The notes: a model not told the origin generated them from the letters alone. 64,000 bases of DNA from an uncultured Candidatus Saccharibacteria bacterium (GCA_964361405.1 CAYIAA010000002.1:5299-69298), one strand, 5' to 3'; counted from the first letter of the stretch, positions 17,953 to 27,534 are shown. Translations and numbers: made by a program.

Positions 17953-19767
17953 TTAGTTCTCTCTGTGAGGATCTTTAGAAATTGGGTGGTTAAAAATTGG
18001 CCAGATGCTCTCGGTATAGAGGTGCCAGGCATACACATTCAAATATCGCTCTGACTGTACCGTAAGGGCAACGGGTGAAATGCCTTTTACGCGTTCAGGA
18101 ATGATGTAGAGAAAGTTTGGAGCGTAGAGAAAAATTGCGGGGATATCCTTTTCCACCGTTTCTTGGAATTCTTTGTACATCCTCTCGCGCTCTGCCCGAT
18201 TCTCGGTTTTCCTCGCGTTCTCGAGGAGTTTGTCCACGGTGACGTTCGCATAGAGCGCGACATTGAGTCCGGGGTCAAGCCGTTGGGATGAGTGCCAGAA
18301 AGCGAAAGGGTCGGGGTCTCTTCCGATAATCTCTCCAAAAAGGAGAGCATCGTAGTCGCGTTGGCGAATGATGTTTTGGTTCAAATCCCCGGTTTCAAAA
18401 ACACGTATCTCCACTTGGGCGCCCAAACGCTCCCACGTTTCCTTTACTATTTCTGCCACGGCTTTGAGTTCTGGAACATCAGCTGTCGCGAGGTGGAATG
18501 AAAGTTTTTCTTCGTTTTTTTTCTCCGTTTTCGTGAAGATATTGTCAGAGGGGTTACGTTTCCACCCATCTTCAATGAGAGAGAGTGCCGCGAGTTCAAG
18601 TGGGTTTGTTGTTGAAGCAGTGGCAGCTGCTACAGCACGAATTCCCGAAATGTAGCCGAGTGCCCCCGGTGGAATCGGTCCTTCGATCGGAGACCCGTAG
18701 CCGCTCAGCACTTCTTCCACAATACCCCCCGTACTAAGTGCATCACGGAGTGCACGTCGCACGGCGAGGCTGGTGAATATCCGCGCATGGTCTTGGTTAA
18801 AGAAGACGCCGAATACTCGTGTCAGTGGAAATTCGATAATGCGGCTCGCCCGCTCTTCTTTCATGAGAGCTGAATTTGGTGAAAGTCCTCCGACAAGCTC
18901 GAAAGCGCCGTTCCTAAAAGCATTCTCAAGTGTCGTTTCATTCGGATAGAATCGGAGGCGAATCCGATCGATAAAAGGTTCCCCGAGCGCAAAATGTTCG
19001 AACGACTTCAAGTCATAGTATTCGGGTACCCCCACCTCGTTTCGAACGATGCCTTCCACTTTATATGGACCGCCCCCAACAGGACTTATGTTAAACGTGC
19101 TTACGCCGAATTCCTCGGCCGAGATAGTGCCCCAGATGTGTTTTGGAATAATGCCAAGAGTGGCATTTTCAGGAAAAGGAGAATAAGGCTGTTTCAAACT
19201 GAATTCCACGGTGCGCTCGTCAATTTTTTGAACCACCACCCCCTCCCAGCTTGCCCTCCGTGAGCTTTTCACCAGCGGGTCAGTAATTTTTTTTATGGTG
19301 AAGACAACGTCGTCCGCCGTGATTGGTACGCCGTCATGCCATATGAGCCCAGGACGGAGCGTGAAGGTATAGGTGAGGCCGTCAGGAGATACGGAGTAGC
19401 TCTCCGCGAGATCGGGGATGAGATTGCCACTCTCTCCGACGCGAAGGAGTCCGGAGTAGAGGAGTGCGACAAGGTCTTTATCTGCCTCGGAAACGGCGAG
19501 GAGTGGGTTCACGAAGCGGGGACTCCCGACGATACCTTCGGAGATTCCACCGCCATGAACTGGCACTATGGAGGAAACGCTTCCATTAACCCGGGTGAGT
19601 ATTCCGAGTACACTTGCGATGGAAATCCAAAAAAGTGCCCAGAATATAATCCGTTCACGGAGTGAAAACTCGCGAATAATGCGTGGAATGTCGCTCTCCC
19701 GCGACAAATCTGCCCCGCCGAGGAAGGGAAATGTGTATTCCTTTTTGAGTGCGTCAGGTAATTTCAC
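17953..19767 (-). CDS. extracellular solute-binding protein family 5 (OppA/DppA-like), N-terminally membrane-anchored
   Basis: TM IIFWALFWISIASVLGIL followed by the family-5 SBP profile (PYKVEGIVRNE ..., FRNGAFELVGG). Confidence 0.75.
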   Translation of the reverse strand: MKLPDALKKEYTFPFLGGADLSRESDIPRIIREFSLRERIIFWALFWISIASVLGILTRVNGSVSSIVPVHGGGISEGIVGSPRFVNPLLAVSEADKDLVALLYSGLLRVGESGNLIPDLAESYSVSPDGLTYTFTLRPGLIWHDGVPITADDVVFTIKKITDPLVKSSRRASWEGVVVQKIDERTVEFSLKQPYSPFPENATLGIIPKHIWGTISAEEFGVSTFNISPVGGGPYKVEGIVRNEVGVPEYYDLKSFEHFALGEPFIDRIRLRFYPNETTLENAFRNGAFELVGGLSPNSALMKEERASRIIEFPLTRVFGVFFNQDHARIFTSLAVRRALRDALSTGGIVEEVLSGYGSPIEGPIPPGALGYISGIRAVAAATASTTNPLELAALSLIEDGWKRNPSDNIFTKTEKKNEEKLSFHLATADVPELKAVAEIVKETWERLGAQVEIRVFETGDLNQNIIRQRDYDALLFGEIIGRDPDPFAFWHSSQRLDPGLNVALYANVTVDKLLENARKTENRAERERMYKEFQETVEKDIPAIFLYAPNFLYIIPERVKGISPVALTVQSERYLNVYAWHLYTESIWPIFNHPISKDPHREN

Positions 19768-19840
19768 TGTTACAAAAATTCTAGGTTAGAGAAAGAAATG
19801 GGTGAATAAATAAAAGAGTTTGCGAGAAAAAGGCTCTTCT

Positions 19841-20074
19841 CTAGACGAGGAGCGCCGCGAGCGACGTGAGACCGAACAAAATTGCAATAACGATGGTTCC
19901 AATGAATAGAATCCGTTCAATACCTCTCCGGGTGTAGTAGTTTCCACCGCCTCCTCCGCCACCGAACGTTGTGCCTAAGCCACCCTCGTCAGAGCGCTGA
20001 AGGAGAATGGCGGCGATGAGCGCCCCCGAGAGGGCGATTTGCACCCACGGGAGGGCGCTCGAGAGAGTTACCAT
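19841..20074 (-). CDS. secG: preprotein translocase subunit SecG
   Basis: MVTLSSALPWVQIALSGALIAAILLQRSDEGGLG ... FGGGGGG ... TM2; start ATG 20074. Confidence 0.75.
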   Translation of the reverse strand: MVTLSSALPWVQIALSGALIAAILLQRSDEGGLGTTFGGGGGGGNYYTRRGIERILFIGTIVIAILFGLTSLAALLV

Positions 20075-20104
20075 ACGTGAAAGTGAGTATAGCGTAGCGG
20101 TTAC

Positions 20105-20151
20105 GATACTGTCAAGCTCAGTGTTGACAGTATCTGGGAAACGACTATACT
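20105..20151 (+). promoter_or_regulatory. groESL promoter (TTGACA-16-TATACT) overlapped by a perfect 11-bp inverted repeat
   Basis: GATACTGTCAA-N8-TTGACAGTATC (20105-20134); -35 TTGACA at 20124-20129, -10 TATACT at 20146-20151; no CIRCE consensus present. Confidence 0.5.
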
Positions 20152-20236
20152 GGTTCCGACAACAGATTCTTTTTCTCCTTTTTTTCATTTTTAACACTGG
20201 GGATTATTAGTAAAGCCAAAGATAAGGGTATGGCGT

Positions 20237-20554
20237 ATGAGTACCAAACAAACCAGAACGATTATTAAACCACTCGGGGATCGTGTCCTCGTTGAACCGA
20301 TCAGCCCAGATGACCTTCTGTTGAAGACGAAGGGCGGAATTATCATTCCCGAGACCGTCGATAAAGAAAGGCCGGAGCGGGGGAGAGTGGTTGCCGTGGG
20401 GCCCGGGAAAATCGAAGAAGGACGCATAGTGCCGATGTCCGTAAAGAAAGGCCAAATCGTCATTTTTTCGAAATATGGTCCGGATGAAATCAAGGTAGAC
20501 GGCAAAGAATATTTCATTTTGAGCGAGTCGAGTATTTTAGCGGTGATCGAATAA
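20237..20554 (+). CDS. groES: co-chaperonin GroES
   Basis: IKPLGDRVLV ... GGIIIPETVDKE ... GRVVAVGPG. Confidence 0.9.
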   Translation: MSTKQTRTIIKPLGDRVLVEPISPDDLLLKTKGGIIIPETVDKERPERGRVVAVGPGKIEEGRIVPMSVKKGQIVIFSKYGPDEIKVDGKEYFILSESSILAVIE

Positions 20555-20572
20555 CGTATCAGAATAACGAAT

Positions 20573-22237
20573 ATGACAGCAAAACAAATTCTCTTTAACG
20601 ATGAAGCCCGAGCAGGTCTCAAGCGCGGTATCGACAAGCTTTCACAGGCAGTCAAAATGACGCTCGGCCCGCGCGGCAGGGCAGTGGTAATCGAAAAGGG
20701 CTATGGAGCCCCGCAGGTAACCTTGGACGGTGTGACGGTTGCAAAAGAGATTGAGCTTGAGGAAAAGTTCGAGAATCTTGGCGCAGATTTAATCAAACAA
20801 GCGGCGGAAAAGACAAATGACCTTGTGGGCGATGGAACTACGACGTCCGTCATTATTGCGCACTCTATTATAGAAGAGGGCGAGAAAGCGGTCCGTGAAA
20901 AGAGTTTTAACGTCATCCAGCTTGCCGACGAACTGATGGCGGGAACAGAGTCTGTGATCCGCTCGCTCGAAGACCAGAAGGAACCCATCAATGACCAGAA
21001 GAAGATTGAAGAGGTCGCCGCGCTCTCGGCGAAAGACGCGGATATTGGCAAATTGATCGCCACTGTCATCGCAAAAGTCGGCAAAGACGGTGTGGTGACG
21101 ATCGAAGACTCAAATACCATGGTGAGCGATTTCGAGCTCGTCGAGGGTATGCAGTTTGACCGCGGCTACATTTCGCCTTACATGATCACGAATCCCGATA
21201 AGATGGAGGCGCAGTACTCCGACCCTTACATCCTCATTACCGATAAAAAGATTTCATCCATTAAGGAAATTCTTCCGATCCTCGAGACGCTTGCGGCGCA
21301 AGGAAAGAAAGAACTTGTCATTATTGCCGACGAGATTGAAGGAGAGGCTTTGGCGACACTCGTCGTGAATAAACTCCGCGGAATTTTGCACACGCTCGCA
21401 ATCAAGTCCCCGGGCTACGGAGACCGAAAGAAAGAAATGCTTGAAGACATTGCGATTATGACCGGTGGCAAAGTGGTCTCGGAAGACATTGGTCTTAAGC
21501 TTGAAGGCGTCGGACTTGAAGTTTTGGGACGGGCGCGCAAAGTAATCGCGACGAAAGATGCAACGACGGTCGTCGGCGGAAAGGGCAAGAAAGCCGACAT
21601 TGAAAACCGGCTGAAACAGCTTCGGAAACAGCTTGAGCTTTCTGACTCGACATTTGACAAGGAAAAATTTGAAGAGCGTATCGGAAAACTCTCTGGAGGC
21701 GTTGCCGTGATTAAAGTCGGCGCTCCGACGGAGTCGGCACAGAAGGAATTGAAACAGCGCGTTGAAGACGCCGTTGCGGCGACGAAAGCAGCGATGGAAG
21801 AGGGAATCGTTCCCGGCGGCGGCATCGCGCTTTTTAACATCGCGTCGGGGAAAACGGGTAAGGCGACGTCAGACGAAGTTTCTGCTCGGGCGAAAGAAAT
21901 TCTCGCGGGGGCACTCCGCGCGCCGCTCACCGCAATCATCGAGAACAGCGGCAAGTCAGCACCGGACACCATTCGTGCGCTTGAGGAAGGAAAGCGTGAC
22001 GCGAAATCCGCTTCGGCGCGGACATGGCTCGGTTTTAATGCCGTCACGAATAAAGTCGAAGATTTGAAGCGCGCAGGCATCATTGACCCCTTGAAAGTGA
22101 CGAAAACTGCATTCTTAAATGCTGTTTCTATTGCGGCCAGCTACCTTACGATTGGCGCCGCAATTGCCGATATCCCGAAGAAAGACGAACCAGGACACCC
22201 AGGCGGCGGAGGCATGCCTGGCGGGATGGATTATTAA
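20573..22237 (+). CDS. groEL: chaperonin GroEL
   Basis: Full-length Hsp60 with GDGTTT, VEGMQFDRGYISPY, C-terminal GGM tail. Confidence 0.95.
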   Translation: MTAKQILFNDEARAGLKRGIDKLSQAVKMTLGPRGRAVVIEKGYGAPQVTLDGVTVAKEIELEEKFENLGADLIKQAAEKTNDLVGDGTTTSVIIAHSIIEEGEKAVREKSFNVIQLADELMAGTESVIRSLEDQKEPINDQKKIEEVAALSAKDADIGKLIATVIAKVGKDGVVTIEDSNTMVSDFELVEGMQFDRGYISPYMITNPDKMEAQYSDPYILITDKKISSIKEILPILETLAAQGKKELVIIADEIEGEALATLVVNKLRGILHTLAIKSPGYGDRKKEMLEDIAIMTGGKVVSEDIGLKLEGVGLEVLGRARKVIATKDATTVVGGKGKKADIENRLKQLRKQLELSDSTFDKEKFEERIGKLSGGVAVIKVGAPTESAQKELKQRVEDAVAATKAAMEEGIVPGGGIALFNIASGKTGKATSDEVSARAKEILAGALRAPLTAIIENSGKSAPDTIRALEEGKRDAKSASARTWLGFNAVTNKVEDLKRAGIIDPLKVTKTAFLNAVSIAASYLTIGAAIADIPKKDEPGHPGGGGMPGGMDY

Positions 22238-22294
22238 CAGCAGGTTTGGTGAAGGTGGCGGAGTTTTTCACGCCCCGATGCTATACTATAGCAG

Positions 22295-23266
22295 ATGATG
22301 TGGTCAGAGATGAACGAGCGTAAGGTTTTTGTAGCCGCTCTTGGCAGTGTACTGGGGATCATACTCCTCATTATCGGTGCCGCCTTTCTCACGCAGGGCG
22401 GACGAATTGACAGGAGTCTCTCCACCGGCGAAAGTGCTGGGGGCGTTTCAGGCAGGCCCGCGGCCGATATGGCCGAAGATGCCTTCTATAGTAATAGGAA
22501 TAGTAAAGAGTTTCCTCCGATCTATCCCACTCCAGAGCCGGGCAACTCCCGCACCACAGGCAGAGATCGCTCTGTCATACAAACTGCCTCTCTTTCGCTT
22601 CTCGTCACCAAAGCTGAAGAAACAGTACAGGCGGTTACTGATTTGGTTTTGGGTGCAGGCGGATTTGTAGAAAACATTGATCTTTTCGAAGTGAGTGAGG
22701 ATGTTAAGAATGGCAGTATGGTGGTGCGAGTACCCGAGGATAAACTTCGCACGATGACGGAGTCTATTAAAGGACTCGCTATCCGTGTCGAGCATGAGAG
22801 TTTGAATTCGCAGGATGTGACGGACCAGATTGTTGATCTCGAGGCCCGTCTCAAGAATCTCCGCGCGTCCGAGGTACAGCTTCGCACACTTCTTGCCCGG
22901 GCGGGTGAGATTGCAGACATTCTCGAAGTTGAGCGTGAATTGACGCGGACACGGGGAGAAATCGAGCAATATCAAGCCCAGCTTGAAAGTGTGAAATCAC
23001 GCGTTTCTTACTCCATCATTTCACTTGAGCTTACCTCGGAGCCTGATACGAAAGTTTTCGGAGTTCACTGGCGGCCGCTCTACGTGGCGAAGTTATCTCT
23101 CCGTACGACACTTGAAGACGCGAGAAACTTTATCGACGGACTCATTCTTTTCGTTGTTCGTCTCCCATTCCTCCTCGCTAAACTTGCAATCTATCTTCTA
23201 GGACTCTTTATTATCTACGTTCTCGGGAGGAAACTTTATTACTGGGGACAAGAGAAGTTCCTATAA
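22295..23266 (+). CDS. DUF4349-like membrane protein (N-terminal TM, central coiled coil, C-terminal TM)
   Basis: Topology and coiled-coil LEARLKNLRASEVQL ... GEIEQYQAQLESVK; domain recalled as DUF4349, modest certainty. Confidence 0.45.
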   Translation: MMWSEMNERKVFVAALGSVLGIILLIIGAAFLTQGGRIDRSLSTGESAGGVSGRPAADMAEDAFYSNRNSKEFPPIYPTPEPGNSRTTGRDRSVIQTASLSLLVTKAEETVQAVTDLVLGAGGFVENIDLFEVSEDVKNGSMVVRVPEDKLRTMTESIKGLAIRVEHESLNSQDVTDQIVDLEARLKNLRASEVQLRTLLARAGEIADILEVERELTRTRGEIEQYQAQLESVKSRVSYSIISLELTSEPDTKVFGVHWRPLYVAKLSLRTTLEDARNFIDGLILFVVRLPFLLAKLAIYLLGLFIIYVLGRKLYYWGQEKFL

Positions 23267-23280
23267 AAATTAGTATCACT

Positions 23281-23838
23281 ATGAATATCTTACTTATTAT
23301 TCTTGCTGTTATCGGGGTAATCGTGCTCTGGATTGTTTTTATCTACAACCATTTCGTTCGCCTCGTAAATCGAGCGAAGGAAGCGTGGGCGGACATTGAA
23401 GTGCAGTTGAAGCGTCGCTATGACTTGATTCCGAACCTTGTCACGACGGTGAAGGGCTATGCCACACATGAACGGGAGGCTTTTGAGAATGTGACTACTG
23501 CCCGCGCAGCCGCGCTCGGCGCGGGAACCGTGGCCGACCATGCGAAAGCGGAAAATGTTTTGACCGGGGCGCTTAAATCGGTCTTCGCGATTTCCGAAGC
23601 GTACCCGGATCTTAAGGCGAATACGAACTTTCTTGAACTTCAGCGTGAGCTCTCCGACACGGAAAACAAAATTCAAGCGGCGCGGCGTTTCTACAATACG
23701 AACGTGAGGGACCTAAATACCGGCATCGAATCATTCCCGGGAAATGTGATTGCATCTACATTTAAATTCACGAAGCAAGAATTTTTTGACCTCGACGAAG
23801 CTCCGGAGTCGCGCGCAGTTCCGGAAGTGAAGTTCTAG
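23281..23838 (+). CDS. LemA family protein
   Basis: N-terminal TM, then YNHFVRLVNRAKEAWADIEVQLKRRYDLIPNLV ... ENKIQAARRFYNTNVRDLN. Confidence 0.85.
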   Translation: MNILLIILAVIGVIVLWIVFIYNHFVRLVNRAKEAWADIEVQLKRRYDLIPNLVTTVKGYATHEREAFENVTTARAAALGAGTVADHAKAENVLTGALKSVFAISEAYPDLKANTNFLELQRELSDTENKIQAARRFYNTNVRDLNTGIESFPGNVIASTFKFTKQEFFDLDEAPESRAVPEVKF

Positions 23839-23847
23839 AAGGCTCCT

Positions 23848-24753
23848 GTGTCACTCTATACGCACCAAGAAGCCAATGTCCGGAAGACATGGCTCCTCAT
23901 AACGTTTTTCCTCGTTCTTGTGACGAGCGTGGGGTATGCCTTCTCGCAAATTTACGGCAATCCCTCGATTGTTATCATCGCTTTTGCCGCGAGTGTGGTG
24001 ATGAGCGTCAGCTCCTACTGGTTCTCGGATAAAATTGTGATCGCTTCGATGGGCGCGCGAGTGCTTCCAGATGTCGAGGCGCCAGACCTTCACAACATCG
24101 TTGAAAATCTCGCTATTACCGCCGGTCTCCCCAAGCCGAGAATCTATATTGTGGATTCACCACAGCCAAACGCTTTTGCCACCGGCCGTGACAAAGAACA
24201 TGCCGTGGTCGCCGTCACAACTGGACTTCTCACACTACTTGACCATTCCGAGCTTGAAGGGGTGCTTGCGCATGAGCTCTCCCACGTTGGGAATCGGGAC
24301 GTGCTCGTTTCAACCGTCGTAGTAGTTCTTTTGGGGGCTGTCCAATTGCTCTCCGATTTTTTTCTTCGTTCTCTCCGCTTCGGTGGGCTTGGAGGAGGAC
24401 GAGATAGGAATTCTGGGCAAGCGCAAGCGATATTTTTTTTGTTAGGAATTGCTCTCGCCATTCTTGCGCCAATTGCGGCAGTATTGATTCAGCTCGCGGT
24501 TTCGCGGAAGCGTGAGTTTCTCGCGGATGCCTCGGGTGCCCTTTTAACGCGCTATCCCGATGGCCTTGCCTCGGCGCTCGAGAAGATTCATCGCGATCAT
24601 ACGCCAATGGGGCAAGCGAACCATGCAACGGCTCATCTCTGGTTTGATGACCCCTACCAGGGGAAGCAAAATACTGTCAAGTGGTTTGCAAAAATCTTCA
24701 TGACCCACCCACCGGTGGAAGACCGGATTGCCGCCCTCCGCGGAGAAAGGTAG
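23848..24753 (+). CDS. htpX: M48-family zinc metalloprotease (HtpX-like)
   Basis: HELSHVGNRD zinc motif, 4 TM segments; GTG start. Confidence 0.8.
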   Translation: MSLYTHQEANVRKTWLLITFFLVLVTSVGYAFSQIYGNPSIVIIAFAASVVMSVSSYWFSDKIVIASMGARVLPDVEAPDLHNIVENLAITAGLPKPRIYIVDSPQPNAFATGRDKEHAVVAVTTGLLTLLDHSELEGVLAHELSHVGNRDVLVSTVVVVLLGAVQLLSDFFLRSLRFGGLGGGRDRNSGQAQAIFFLLGIALAILAPIAAVLIQLAVSRKREFLADASGALLTRYPDGLASALEKIHRDHTPMGQANHATAHLWFDDPYQGKQNTVKWFAKIFMTHPPVEDRIAALRGER

Positions 24754-24815
24754 AGTGTTCACGGAAGGAAAGATATTTCAACATCGGGCTTTGCTTCTCA
24801 AGCAATTCTCCTATC

Positions 24816-24998
24816 CTCATTAAACAAGTTGCAGATGCATTTGGAAAAATGCAAATTATACCTCATATTGATAAGCGAGGACAAAATATCTATTTATATC
24901 GTGAGGATGCTGTTCAGCGATACCTAAAGCGATTTGGTACCTCAAACGAACGAATTAGTTCTGTGTATCGTTATTGGAAGGGTGCCAGAGTGGTCTAA
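24816..24998 (+). pseudogene. remnant of an excisionase/MerR-like HTH gene abutting tRNA-Ser
   Basis: In-frame peptide LIKQVADAFGK-MQIIPHIDKRGQNIYLYREDAVQRYLKRFG is homologous to the intact HTH gene at 31430-31636; it has no start upstream of helix 1 and its 3' end reads into tRNA-Ser. Confidence 0.3.
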
Positions 24999-25065
24999 TG
25001 GACATGCTTGGAAAGCATGCGTACGGGAAACCGTACCGGGAGTTCGAATCTCCCCCCTTCCGCCA
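24976..25065 (+). tRNA. tRNA-Ser (anticodon GGA), CCA encoded
   Basis: Acceptor GGAAGGG/CCCTTCC, anticodon stem CATGC/GCATG, loop TTGGAAA, long variable arm CGTACGGGAAACCGTACC, T-arm GGGAG-TTCGAAT-CTCCC, 3' GCCA. Confidence 0.85.
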
Positions 25066-25207
25066 AAATTCGGAATCAGAAGAAACGGACAAAGCGGGGT
25101 CACGCCGAAGGCGCGACACTAATACATTCCCCCCGTCGAATTCAGAATCCAAAAGGTTTTTCCACGCTCTCTGGTTTCTCTCTTGGACGTTTGATAAAGT
25201 GTAGGCG

Positions 25208-25765
25208 ATGATTGCGAATGTCTATCTTCTTCTTTTCGTCGGACTTTTTCTCGGCGGGGAAACAGTCTTGATTCCGGCAGTCTATTTTGCCTTAAATGGT
25301 GATTTGGATTTGCTGACGCTCTTTGCTATCTCTATTTTTGCGACACTCATATCGGACTCTCTTTGGTATATGTTTGGTCGCGTCGCGAAATTTGACAGAA
25401 TCGCTCGGTGGCCAATCGTGGGGCGGCAAGCGGGCGTGATAGCAAAAATATCGGGGGTTTTCCGCGCGCACAGCTTGAAAATTCTTTTTGGATCAAAATT
25501 CGTCTACGGCACGAGAGTTGCGGCACAAATCCTTTCGGGTGCCTATGCTGTGCCTTTTTTCCACTACCTTCTTGTGAATATCGTTGGCGTCTTAGCACTT
25601 CAGGGATATATTGTTCTCCTTGCACTTTCTCTCGACCGCGGACTTGGAGAAGTTAAAGGTTTTTTCTACGGCACGGAAGTGTTTTTTGCGGTCTTTCTCG
25701 TATTTCTCATCGCACTCCACTTATGGATACACAAAACGGTAAAAAAACTTTGGTTTCAGCAATAA
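25208..25765 (+). CDS. DedA/SNARE-associated (VTT) family membrane protein
   Basis: Polytopic membrane protein; GETVLIPAVYF ... FGSKFVYGTRVAAQIL pattern. Confidence 0.55.
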   Translation: MIANVYLLLFVGLFLGGETVLIPAVYFALNGDLDLLTLFAISIFATLISDSLWYMFGRVAKFDRIARWPIVGRQAGVIAKISGVFRAHSLKILFGSKFVYGTRVAAQILSGAYAVPFFHYLLVNIVGVLALQGYIVLLALSLDRGLGEVKGFFYGTEVFFAVFLVFLIALHLWIHKTVKKLWFQQ

Positions 25766-26469
25766 TTCCTGCGTTTAACGAAGAGGAAACGATCGGTGAA
25801 GTTATTCACTCTGCCTCGAGACACCCGCTTATCGGGGAAATTCTTGTCGTTGACGATGGTTCCTCGGATCGGACTGCCGAGCGCGCTCGAGAGGCTGGCG
25901 CGCGGGTGATTTCCCTTTCTGAAAATTGCGGCAAGGCCGAAGCACTTGAAGCAGGTGTTCGCGAAGCTCTACATGACGTTCTTCTTTTCCTCGATGCTGA
26001 TATTTCCGGACTTACCCGAGAGTCTATACACCACCTTGTGATGCCTGTGGTAAGTGGCCGCCATGAACACTATGTTGGGCTCCGCGGCCGGAAGTTTTTT
26101 CTTCTCAACCGGTTTCTTCACCTCGTCCCCATTTTGGGTGGCGAGCGCGCACTTACTCGCAATCTCTGGGAACAGGTGCCACATGACTACAAGAAAGGGT
26201 TCCAAATCGAAATCGCTCTCAACTATTTTTCAAAAAAAACAAAAGGTAATATGGGGTTTGAAGTTATTCATGGACTTACCCACCGCACCAAGGAAAAGAA
26301 ATTTGGATTACTTGAGGGATTTCTGCGGCGTATTGGGATGTCGGGCGAGGTTCTTCTCATCGCGACGAAGCTCTATGTTTTGGAAGAGGTAAAACAAAAA
26401 TTCGCCACACTTTCGAAGTCGCTTCGGCTCCGTTGGGAGAATTCTCTCGTGCGAAGCAAGGATCTTTGA
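25723..26469 (+). CDS. glycosyltransferase family 2
   Basis: VSAIIPAFNEEETIGEVI ... VVDDGSSDRT ... LFLDADI (DxD); 43-nt overlap with upstream gene, alternative start TTG near 25750. Confidence 0.75.
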   Translation: MDTQNGKKTLVSAIIPAFNEEETIGEVIHSASRHPLIGEILVVDDGSSDRTAERAREAGARVISLSENCGKAEALEAGVREALHDVLLFLDADISGLTRESIHHLVMPVVSGRHEHYVGLRGRKFFLLNRFLHLVPILGGERALTRNLWEQVPHDYKKGFQIEIALNYFSKKTKGNMGFEVIHGLTHRTKEKKFGLLEGFLRRIGMSGEVLLIATKLYVLEEVKQKFATLSKSLRLRWENSLVRSKDL

Positions 26470-26532
26470 TAGGCCCATCGAATGTGAGTTCATGTTATAC
26501 TGAATCAATAGTATCAATAGGGTGAAATAGGT

Positions 26533-26949
26533 ATGATTAATGTAGCAGTTAATTATCCCGCAGTTCTAGTCGGAGGTGTCATCTATATTGCGCTCGGATT
26601 TCTCTGGTACTCACCGATACTTTTCGGGAAGCGTTTTATGATGCTCATGGGATGGGGTCCGGAGAAGATGAAGGAGAAACCCAAGGGAATGGAGAAAACA
26701 TACGCAATGAGTTTTCTCTCCGCACTCGTCATGAGCTTCGCTCTTTCGGTGCTTTCGGGCTACGCAGGTGTGGGTACAGCTCTCGCTGGAGCGAAACTTG
26801 GACTCTTAGCCGGAGTCGGTTTTGTAGCGACGTCGACACTCTCAAGCGTTCTCTATGAGAAAAAGTCTTTCGAACTCTATCTCATTAACGCCGGTTACTA
26901 CGTCGTCGTGCTTGTAGTGGTCGGCGCTTTACTCGCTATCTGGGTATAA
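26533..26949 (+). CDS. DUF1761-family membrane protein
   Basis: YPAVLVGGVIYIALGFLWYSPILFGKRFM signature; 4 TM segments. Confidence 0.55.
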   Translation: MINVAVNYPAVLVGGVIYIALGFLWYSPILFGKRFMMLMGWGPEKMKEKPKGMEKTYAMSFLSALVMSFALSVLSGYAGVGTALAGAKLGLLAGVGFVATSTLSSVLYEKKSFELYLINAGYYVVVLVVVGALLAIWV

Positions 26950-26958
26950 GGCGGCTCA

Positions 26959-27534
26959 ATGGAGCTCCGTAAGGGAATAACGTGCTTGCGGCGCGGGGGC
27001 GTTCTGGTAGCTCCCACCGACACGCTCTATGGAGTTCTCGGGAATGCCCTGTCCCGATCAACCGTCGCTCGCATCGAGCGCATTAAAGGGCGCAGTAGAG
27101 AGAAGCCCTTCATTATTTTACTGGGCTCGGTTCGGAATCTCGGTCGCTTCGGTGTTTCTCCTTCGGTCTCGGAGCGGAAAATACTCGACCGTCTCTGGCC
27201 CGGGAAAGTGAGTGTCGTATTTCAGTGTAGAGGTGAGCGTTTTCGTTATCTCCACCGTGGGACAAAGACACTTGCATTTCGTGTTCCGAAAAAGAAAATG
27301 CTTACCGTATTTCTCAAGCACGTGGGTCCTCTCGTCGCACCATCCGCAAATCCGGAAGGGAAGCGGCCCGCACGGAGTATCCGCGAGGCGCGGAATTATT
27401 TTGGTGAAAAGGTTGACCTCTATATTCCCGGAGGGACATTGCGCGGTAAGCCGTCAACGATTATCATGATGCACAGCGGAAAAGTAAAAGTACTCCGAAA
27501 GGGAGCTAAACAAATTAATTTTTTAACACCATGA
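26959..27534 (+). CDS. tsaC: L-threonylcarbamoyladenylate synthase (TsaC/YrdC family)
   Basis: GGVLVAPTDTLYGVLGNA ... KGRSREKPFIIL ... LVAPSANPEGKRPA. Confidence 0.85.
   Translation: MELRKGITCLRRGGVLVAPTDTLYGVLGNALSRSTVARIERIKGRSREKPFIILLGSVRNLGRFGVSPSVSERKILDRLWPGKVSVVFQCRGERFRYLHRGTKTLAFRVPKKKMLTVFLKHVGPLVAPSANPEGKRPARSIREARNYFGEKVDLYIPGGTLRGKPSTIIMMHSGKVKVLRKGAKQINFLTP

Noticed and set aside
20100-20236. CIRCE/HrcA operator at groESL
   Set aside because: No TTAGCACTC-N9-GAGTGCTAA match; a different 11-bp inverted repeat is present instead and is reported separately.
21415-22083. 222-aa ORF antisense to groEL
   Set aside because: Overlaps a highly conserved gene; Ala/Ser/Pro-rich low-complexity translation typical of antisense GC-rich codon positions.
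24934-25211. Several overlapping 60-80 aa ORFs on both strands around 25.0 kb
   Set aside because: They overlap tRNA-Ser(GGA) and its flanks; no coding signal.
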